From IMG/VR virus record IMGVR_UViG_3300030330_006853: 64,000 nucleotides of DNA; one strand, written 5' to 3'. The DNA comes from an uncultured virus (IMG/VR IMGVR_UViG_3300030330_006853) (Duplodnaviria; Heunggongvirae; Uroviricota; Caudoviricetes). The number at the start of each line of letters is the position of its first letter. Position 1 is the stretch's first letter. The notes under the pieces were generated by a model. It worked only from the letters and a program-made list of their open reading frames with translations, searched no databases and was not told where the DNA came from. The position numbers and the translations under genes are program-made. Below, in pieces: positions 57,759-64,000 of the stretch.

Positions 57759-59066
57759 TTAAATCTCGAAAGGTTCGTCTTCTATGATTGTAAAGAACTT
57801 AAAGTCATCACCCCAGAGGTCTAGGATGTGGTCACATACATTGTGTGCGTAATCAAGATCTAAATCTCTACCATCATGCTCATGTCGCAGAACTAGAGTG
57901 TGATCCTTCTGCATTTCTTCTATATAAATGTTTGGCAGTGAGTTAAGACCTACATTTTTTATAAGGTCTTCTCGAATCTGCTTCCACCCACCTTCGTCAG
58001 ATATATCGTCGATTGTCCACTCTTTCTTTTTCTTTGAATAAGAGAAAAGATTAAGATCTTCGCAGATCTCGCGGTTAAGGTATGTCCTAATAAAAGATTC
58101 ATCATTGTGTGATGTTCTAGCTATGAAGCACTCATCTAGACCCTTATTTTCTTCAATCCACTTAAAAATGGTAAAACCTAAGTGATATGGATTAATTCTT
58201 CCAACCATAGGCCTAAGAACTTGATTATGAAACTTCAAAAAAGATAAGTGGAACTCTTGAGGAAGATCTAATTCTGACATGATTTTATAGTGCCAAAACG
58301 ATGCCCAGCCTTCATTCATAATTTTTGTCATTGCTTGCGGCATAAAATACATCGACTCTTCTCGAACAATATTAACAATATCTCTTTCCCAGGAATCTAG
58401 ATTCCTAGAATATTTTGCTATAAATCCTAAGACATCATAGTCTGGCTCTAAGGGTATTTTATTGACATTGAAGTCAAGTGGTAAATTCTCCGGCATGTAA
58501 TTGGCAATATCAACATAATATTGCTTTATTTCATCGTGAGTCTTTCTTTTTATTCCGAATTCACGATAGTTGTGATATTTGAGAGCGTGACAGGCGTCAA
58601 TAATCTTCTCTACAGACTCTACGCCGATGTGTGTGTTATCAACATACTTCTTGATTCTCTTTGCCGCATTTCTAAATCTAGAAATTACATTTGCAGCATC
58701 TGTATGGCCAAACATTCGGTTGTTCTTAAAAAAGTCAGAGTGGCCTACACAATGTGCCATAATAAGAACCTGGAGAGGAAGAGGATTCTCAGACATTAAA
58801 TATGATATCGAAGGATCACTATTGATGATCATCTCATAGGGAAGACCCTCCATGCCGAGATTATACATGGTGTGTGTTCTCTCAAAAGATTTTCCATAAG
58901 ACCAGTGCTGGTAGTGTGTCGGCATTCCAATGTATGACATGTAACCAATCATATCATGATAATCACATACCTCATAGTCAATCGGATACCAGTCAAGATT
59001 GTATTTCTTGGCTAGGCTAACAATTTTTTCGTCCCATTCTTGCAAGTCTTCAAAAGTCCATTGCAT
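57759..59066 (-). CDS. spoVR: SpoVR/YcgB-family protein
   Basis: GMPTHYQHWSYGKSF; LPYEMIINSDP; AHCVGHSDFFKNN; TKIMNEGWASFWH; NPYHLG. Confidence 0.95.
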   Translation of the reverse strand: MQWTFEDLQEWDEKIVSLAKKYNLDWYPIDYEVCDYHDMIGYMSYIGMPTHYQHWSYGKSFERTHTMYNLGMEGLPYEMIINSDPSISYLMSENPLPLQVLIMAHCVGHSDFFKNNRMFGHTDAANVISRFRNAAKRIKKYVDNTHIGVESVEKIIDACHALKYHNYREFGIKRKTHDEIKQYYVDIANYMPENLPLDFNVNKIPLEPDYDVLGFIAKYSRNLDSWERDIVNIVREESMYFMPQAMTKIMNEGWASFWHYKIMSELDLPQEFHLSFLKFHNQVLRPMVGRINPYHLGFTIFKWIEENKGLDECFIARTSHNDESFIRTYLNREICEDLNLFSYSKKKKEWTIDDISDEGGWKQIREDLIKNVGLNSLPNIYIEEMQKDHTLVLRHEHDGRDLDLDYAHNVCDHILDLWGDDFKFFTIIEDEPFEI

Positions 59067-60235
59067 TACTCTGATCTCCCTCCGAAAAGCTTTTTAAATG
59101 AAGGCCAAATCTCCTTTGAATTAATCATCTTTAACGTCTTAAATTTCTTTCCTACCAGCGGTTGGTAAACATCCCACATTCTAGAGTTTCCATTTTGACG
59201 CCACTGAGATGATTCATTTGCAGGATCAATTTCACAAAAAGCGTAGAGCTGTGAAATCTCTTTAAGTTTTTGCGAAACATTAAAAGCTTTTTCTTCATCC
59301 TCTGACCAGTTGTCTCCATCAGAGCAGTGAAAAGAATAAATGTTCCAATTACTAGGGTGATATCTCTTTTCTACTATTTCCAGAGTAAGATCAATGGCAG
59401 GGGAAATAAAAGTTCCGCCTGAAGGAGCTAAGCTAAAGAAATCGTTCTCGCTTACTTCTTTTGCTGTTGTTGTATGAGCAATGAATACAACTTCCACATT
59501 GTCGTACTTGTGCCTCAAGAATTGATATAGAAGAAAGAAAAAACTGCGCGCAATATACTTTTTCTCTGTGCTCATTGACCCAGAAATATCCATGATAAAG
59601 AATATTGCCGCCGATGATATTTCTGTCTCTTTTACTTTGAAATGCTTATATCGAAGGTCGTCATCATGAAAAGGAAATCTTTCCTCATCTTCAGGGTTAT
59701 AAGTTCCTGCTTTCTGAGCCATTTTCTTTCGGCGGATCTTCTGCTTGAGAGTCTCTTTTTTCGAAAGGCGAGGACGAATTCCCTTGGGTCTAAAACCTTT
59801 TCTACGAAAAGTATCGGAGGACAGAAACTTAAATTTCTTTTTATCCAGGTCAGGAAGCTCAAGATCGCTGAAAAGATATTCTGCGAGTTCCTCTAATGTA
59901 ATCTCTACGTCATAGAACTCTTCACCTGGTTTATCACCTGGTTTGTTACCTGATTTGTTACCTTCGTTATCCTCAGCAATCTTTTGACCGCGGTGGATAT
60001 CTTTGCCAGGAGCTGATCCTACTTTCTTGGAGTTGTCGCCGTAGATAAACTGGTATTCTTTAATGCCTTTGACAGGTATCCGAACTTTTTTCTTGCCATC
60101 TTGTCCAATAATAGACTCTTCAGCAACTATATTTCTAATTCCTTCTTTTAAGGCTTTATCTATTTTTTGTTTGTGTCTAGATCGATCTGTAGCTGATCTG
60201 TCTGCTATGGATTTATGTTTTCGAAAAGTGCTCAT
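59066..60235 (-). CDS. yeaH: YeaH/YhbH (DUF444) vWA-domain protein
   Basis: DRSRH N-terminus; MDISGSM (MIDAS); FIAHTTTAKEV; SGGT; SDGDNW. Confidence 0.95.
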   Translation of the reverse strand: MSTFRKHKSIADRSATDRSRHKQKIDKALKEGIRNIVAEESIIGQDGKKKVRIPVKGIKEYQFIYGDNSKKVGSAPGKDIHRGQKIAEDNEGNKSGNKPGDKPGEEFYDVEITLEELAEYLFSDLELPDLDKKKFKFLSSDTFRRKGFRPKGIRPRLSKKETLKQKIRRKKMAQKAGTYNPEDEERFPFHDDDLRYKHFKVKETEISSAAIFFIMDISGSMSTEKKYIARSFFFLLYQFLRHKYDNVEVVFIAHTTTAKEVSENDFFSLAPSGGTFISPAIDLTLEIVEKRYHPSNWNIYSFHCSDGDNWSEDEEKAFNVSQKLKEISQLYAFCEIDPANESSQWRQNGNSRMWDVYQPLVGKKFKTLKMINSKEIWPSFKKLFGGRSE

Positions 60236-60253
60236 AGTTGTTCTTGGACATTT

Positions 60254-60706
60254 TTAAGATAACATCATCTTCCATAGCATATTAACAACTAGAGCGAAAA
60301 GTGTACTACCGAATAGCCATTGTAGCCTAGAAACATTTGATTGCCATATCTTGAGTCTATCTAAATCAATATTATGCTGGTCGATTACATCTATCTTTTT
60401 TGCAGCTTCTTTTTGCCAACCAATAAAGTCCTCAAGTAGCTCAATTTTCTGCTCTGCTCTTTCGACAAACTGGAGCCTTCTATTAGACTCTGCTTCAAGA
60501 TCTCTCACTCTAGAGATAATTCCTTTTTCAGGATCATTTATAGTGTCTTTAAGTTCATCAACAGACTCATGAAGAGACTGGATGCTAGAATTTGCATTCT
60601 TTACATCAACAGCAAGTTTATCAAATCCACCGTTTAATACTTTAGCACTTGCCAGCTTCTCATTAATTGAAGCTATAGCTTTTAAAATTTGATCGTTGGT
60701 TGCCAA
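60254..60706 (-). CDS. Coiled-coil protein with a C-terminal transmembrane helix (holin-like candidate)
   Basis: Heptad-rich body ending in WLFGSTLFALVVNMLWKMM; TTG start with CAGGAG RBS. Confidence 0.65.
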   Translation of the reverse strand: MATNDQILKAIASINEKLASAKVLNGGFDKLAVDVKNANSSIQSLHESVDELKDTINDPEKGIISRVRDLEAESNRRLQFVERAEQKIELLEDFIGWQKEAAKKIDVIDQHNIDLDRLKIWQSNVSRLQWLFGSTLFALVVNMLWKMMLS

Positions 60707-60710
60707 TTTA

Positions 60711-60762
60711 CTCTCCTGAGAATCTGCAAAGAACTCTGTATTAAGTATCTAAAACAGGAGAG
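60711..60762 (-). promoter_or_regulatory. Inverted repeat CTCTCCTG/CAGGAGAG sequestering the RBS, with the ATACTTA motif (60742-60748) between the arms
   Basis: Perfect 8-bp arms at 60711-60718 and 60755-60762. Confidence 0.6.
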
Positions 60763-60771
60763 AATTTGCCC

Positions 60772-60903
60772 TTATAGAAGAAACAGAAGAGCTAAATTTA
60801 CAACTGCTAAAACTGCAGCGCCTGTTGCAACCCAACCTATTTTTTTAACTCTGTCTTCAACGGCAATTAATTGAGCTGCCATTCTTTTAGGATTGATTGA
60901 CAT
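60772..60903 (-). CDS. 43-aa single-pass membrane protein (below the ORF-track cutoff)
   Basis: MSINPKRMAAQLIAVEDRVKKIGWVATGAAVLAVVNLALLFLL*; the ATG directly follows the M23 stop, with GGAGG upstream. Confidence 0.7.
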   Translation of the reverse strand: MSINPKRMAAQLIAVEDRVKKIGWVATGAAVLAVVNLALLFLL

Positions 60904-61497
60904 TTAGTTTCCTCCTGTGTGAAAATGATCTTCGTGATCATGTGAGTGAGCCTCATCGACAAAGCTGTTAGGGTCGATCTGAACTCCGCTCGCATCCGTG
61001 ACTTCAAAGTGAAGATGAGGACCGGTGCTTCTTCCCGTTGAACCTACCTCTCCGATAAGCTCACCTTTCTCGATCCTGTCACCTCGCTTTACATAAATAT
61101 TACTCAAGTGACAATACTTGTTAAAGACTTCTTCGCTGACCTTCACTATGACATAGTGTCCACAACCCCGATACCCTTTTGAGGTCTTAACAATCCTTCC
61201 TGCTGCTAGTGCAGGGATTCCAGCTCCGTATCTTCCCGCGAAATCAATGCCCCGATGAAAACGAGTCCCGAAAGTAAAGGGATCGTTTCTCCAGCCCCAG
61301 TTAGAAGTCACGATATCGTAACGAACTAAGCCCTTTGATTTAGCAATCTCGGACTTAACAATCGGAACGGGCTTTTTCTTGTATTTTTTGTTAAATTTAT
61401 TGATCTGGGGAACAAAATTATGATTTGCATAGTCGATTCCATGAAATAGAAGGTAGAAAAAGCCCATCATTTTCATGTAAGCAGCTAATTTATTCAT
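60904..61497 (-). CDS. M23-family Zn peptidase (peptidoglycan endopeptidase) with an N-terminal hydrophobic segment
   Basis: HRGIDF; YCHL; VGSTGRSTGPHLHFEV; IDP. Confidence 0.92.
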   Translation of the reverse strand: MNKLAAYMKMMGFFYLLFHGIDYANHNFVPQINKFNKKYKKKPVPIVKSEIAKSKGLVRYDIVTSNWGWRNDPFTFGTRFHRGIDFAGRYGAGIPALAAGRIVKTSKGYRGCGHYVIVKVSEEVFNKYCHLSNIYVKRGDRIEKGELIGEVGSTGRSTGPHLHFEVTDASGVQIDPNSFVDEAHSHDHEDHFHTGGN

Positions 61498-61537
61498 CTT
61501 ATTTCTCCTGTTTCTATTTTACCACAGGAAATAAAAC

Positions 61538-61822
61538 TTACACATTTTCATTACACTTTGGACATCGATACAAAATCTCAGCACCTCTAAAAGTTGCTTG
61601 CCAATCATCTAAAGCCCCGGGTTGATTTTGATCGAAAGGCTCTGGGCAAAAACTACACTTTTTAGGGAGCATTCTGAGAAGATTCGTAAGACCATCAAGC
61701 TTTTTTTGTGAATCAATTCTGTGCTTTTCTTCAGAAAGCCTTTTTTGCTTAGACTTATTAGCTCTTTTAAGTCTTTTCTTTTCAGACTTTTTCTGATTTT
61801 TACGAGAATTTTTATTTTTCAT
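61538..61822 (-). CDS. Basic protein with a CxxC...CxxC Zn finger
   Basis: Lys/Arg-rich N-terminus; CSFC ... CPKC. Confidence 0.72.
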   Translation of the reverse strand: MKNKNSRKNQKKSEKKRLKRANKSKQKRLSEEKHRIDSQKKLDGLTNLLRMLPKKCSFCPEPFDQNQPGALDDWQATFRGAEILYRCPKCNENV

Positions 61823-61849
61823 TAAACACCTTCTCTATTATGGTTATCT

Positions 61850-61878
61850 ATTATATAGAGAGAATACAGAGTTATCTA
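61850..61878 (-). promoter_or_regulatory. Putative sigma70-type promoter
   Basis: TAGATA-N17-TATAAT on the minus strand in the gap before ATG 61822. Confidence 0.5.
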
Positions 61879-61882
61879 TACT

Positions 61883-62137
61883 TTATTCATTATCATCTAA
61901 TATTATAGATCTTATAGGAATATTGTATCTCTGATATCTGTACAGTACGGGAATAGCTAACGTGAGATAGTCATCATCCTCGTTAAAGTGAAATCCGGAG
62001 CCCCGATCATCTTCGAAAAGATATCTTCCTGGACGACCTACTGGCCGACCAATAATCAAACCTAGATTTTCCGATTCTTCGTCCCTGAATTTTATTAGAT
62101 TACCTACTGCGAATGTATTGTAGTAGATCTTTTTCAA
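61883..62137 (-). CDS. Hypothetical protein
   Basis: 84-aa ORF abutting the upstream stop (TTG start). Confidence 0.55.
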   Translation of the reverse strand: MKKIYYNTFAVGNLIKFRDEESENLGLIIGRPVGRPGRYLFEDDRGSGFHFNEDDDYLTLAIPVLYRYQRYNIPIRSIILDDNE

Positions 62138-63259
62138 TTACTCAAAGACTGCTAGCAGTTCACCTTCTCCGCCCGGAATATCATCTTCATCATATTCCTC
62201 TTCAGCGAAGATATCTTCTTCTGCGCTAGCTAAAGTTTCACTTGAAGATTGTGGCATATTTTTAGGTTTTACTAAAGGCTTGCTAGGTGTTTTGATATTC
62301 TCTGATAAGCCTTTAAATAACTCAATTACTTTGTTGTAAGCATCATCTTCTGTCTTGACATCATCGCGTATGAATATCAAGTAAAGTGCATTACCCAGTC
62401 TCTTCTGTGCAAGCAGAGCATCGCTGTCAAAAGATTCCATGAAGGCGTCTAATGACTTTGTGACACCAAACAAGTCTTGCATAAAGTTAACGACACCTCC
62501 TGCATCCCATCCCGGTGCATTTTTCATAGATAATCCGTAGTCATCAGCTACCTTTTCGCTCGCAAAAGGATTATCTTGCTCGGAAACTACTTTCTCTGCT
62601 CCGACAGCTGCATCTCCTGCAAGGCCAGGAGCAACAATCGACGCCCCTATACCTGCCCCCATTTGACGCTTAGTAAGTTTATAAGTTGCCCCTTTTGATA
62701 TATTGAGAGCCTTTGCAACTTTACCTACAGGAGGTGCAGCTTTAGTTGCTACTTGCACTGCACCAAACACACCAGGCGCAATCTTTCCAAAAAATGCTGC
62801 AGCAGGACCAAAAGCAATCCAGCTTAAGAAATAAATTGCACCCGTGGCATACTTCTTCAGTCTAAAAGCATCAAAAATATCTCTGACGGCTTCTTGGAAG
62901 TCACCCCTTCCTTGAATTGTTACCGTTCCGTCCTCGTCAGGCTCAGATTTCTCAGGTTTTGAGGCGATCTGCTTAAGCCTAGAAAATCCAGAATTAATAA
63001 GTTCTGCAATGTAGTATGCTCCTCGTCCTGCCATGTCCTTGCTATTAAATCCGCTTACCTGCCAAGTAGCAGTTGTCAGTGCATCTAAATCAGACATTAC
63101 TTTTGAAGAAGCTTCACCGTTTCTAATTTTATCTAAGTTATTAAAAACGTTGCTCTGTATGTTATTCCATGCTTGCTTTCTACCCTGTTCTTTCTTTTGC
63201 TCAGATATCATCTCTTGGATTACAGGTTTTAATGTCTTTATATCCATAATCTTTTTCAT
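62138..63259 (-). CDS. Hypothetical protein with hydrophobic Gly/Ala-rich helices and an acidic tail
   Basis: 373-aa ORF. Confidence 0.72.
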   Translation of the reverse strand: MKKIMDIKTLKPVIQEMISEQKKEQGRKQAWNNIQSNVFNNLDKIRNGEASSKVMSDLDALTTATWQVSGFNSKDMAGRGAYYIAELINSGFSRLKQIASKPEKSEPDEDGTVTIQGRGDFQEAVRDIFDAFRLKKYATGAIYFLSWIAFGPAAAFFGKIAPGVFGAVQVATKAAPPVGKVAKALNISKGATYKLTKRQMGAGIGASIVAPGLAGDAAVGAEKVVSEQDNPFASEKVADDYGLSMKNAPGWDAGGVVNFMQDLFGVTKSLDAFMESFDSDALLAQKRLGNALYLIFIRDDVKTEDDAYNKVIELFKGLSENIKTPSKPLVKPKNMPQSSSETLASAEEDIFAEEEYDEDDIPGGEGELLAVFE

Positions 63260-63267
63260 AATTTTTC

Positions 63268-64000
63268 CTACAAAACACTTTTAAGCTTAGACTGAGTGTC
63301 TTTAAGTTTAGCTCGCCAGTCAGGATCACCTGATTTTCGATAAAGACTTCTAAGGGTTACAGGTGATATCTCATCATTACCTCTTATCTCAACAAAACTC
63401 CAAGAGTTTCCTCCTGGATCACTTATGAATCTGGCAACTAGCTTTTCTGGTTTAACCTGACTTCCTTTGTACTTTGATATCACCACCTTGCCGCGATACT
63501 TGGAATCTTTTCCTGCTTTTCTCGAGGGCTTAGTAAGCGTATAAATGTTTCCAGGCTGATAAACCCCGACAGCCTTCAATTTACTTGTTATGTCGACAGC
63601 TTTTGCTTGACCTAAATTAACTTCTTCTTGGCCCATATTTGCGACATCAACTTCATCACTATCTGATGCTGAAAAATAAAGTGTTCCCGCCAGTGCACCC
63701 CCAATAACAAGAGTTCCTAGTGTTTTCACTAGCCACTGCGGGACAGACCAGCTTTCATCGTCAACTGCACCTGTAACCACTCTAGATGAAACATCAGCAA
63801 CTGCATATGCTTTTCCAAGCCTTGTGGCATAAAGTCTACCCACTCCCGGGAGTTTTTCCAAAGCACCATCCAGCTGCTTGAATATTTCTATTACTTTGTT
63901 AGAGTCTCCTTTGGCTGCAGCCGCCTCTGCCTGACCTAAAAGTCCGGCAACGTCATCCATTCCTTGTGCAGCAACATCATCTGCAGATCGAACAGCAGCT
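63268..64000 (-). CDS. Hypothetical protein, 5'-truncated by the window edge
   Basis: The frame stays open upstream of 63960 to the edge (AAVRSADDVAAQG-M...); one hydrophobic helix. Confidence 0.7.
   Translation of the reverse strand, partial: AAVRSADDVAAQGMDDVAGLLGQAEAAAAKGDSNKVIEIFKQLDGALEKLPGVGRLYATRLGKAYAVADVSSRVVTGAVDDESWSVPQWLVKTLGTLVIGGALAGTLYFSASDSDEVDVANMGQEEVNLGQAKAVDITSKLKAVGVYQPGNIYTLTKPSRKAGKDSKYRGKVVISKYKGSQVKPEKLVARFISDPGGNSWSFVEIRGNDEISPVTLRSLYRKSGDPDWRAKLKDTQSKLKSVL

Noticed and set aside
1..64000. Stop-codon reassignment, as seen in some large phages
   Set aside because: The standard code gives near-complete coding density, and TAA, TAG and TGA all end genes at tight junctions.

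Overview
This window looks like a segment of a large contractile-tailed (jumbo/huge) bacteriophage genome. It is densely coding in the standard genetic code, and all credible genes but one are on the minus strand. In transcription order (right to left) it holds: two large hypothetical proteins; a putative lysis trio (signal-anchored M23 peptidase plus two membrane proteins); a yeaH-spoVR-prkA(yeaG) operon followed by a degenerate GroEL-like gene; a polymerase-beta-type nucleotidyltransferase; an Hc1 histone-like protein; a compact tmRNA (tag ANDDFDILAVAA); a lone plus-strand Cys-rich sigma-region-4 protein; PIN-PhoH; and a repeat-containing collagen-like tail fibre. Next comes a ~23 kb glycan biosynthesis and transfer cluster (NeuB, two NeuA, two sialyltransferase/Maf-like proteins, a DHQ-synthase-like cyclase, a GmhA-like isomerase, DegT, a formyltransferase, SDRs, several GTs, and no flippase or polymerase). 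It is followed by a gp55-like sigma factor and a baseplate/tail block ending in a >1637-aa fibre gene that the ORF track misses. The strongest hypotheses are: (1) a phage-encoded virion glycosylation system whose candidate sequon, [ST]-G-S/[ST]-A-S, is strongly enriched in outer virion proteins; (2) a recurrent ATA(T/C)TTA late-promoter motif, twice placed inside RBS-sequestering hairpins; (3) an AAA+/vWA/SpoVR module coupled to an apparently ATPase-dead chaperonin. All family calls are motif recognition by eye; no database searches were run.
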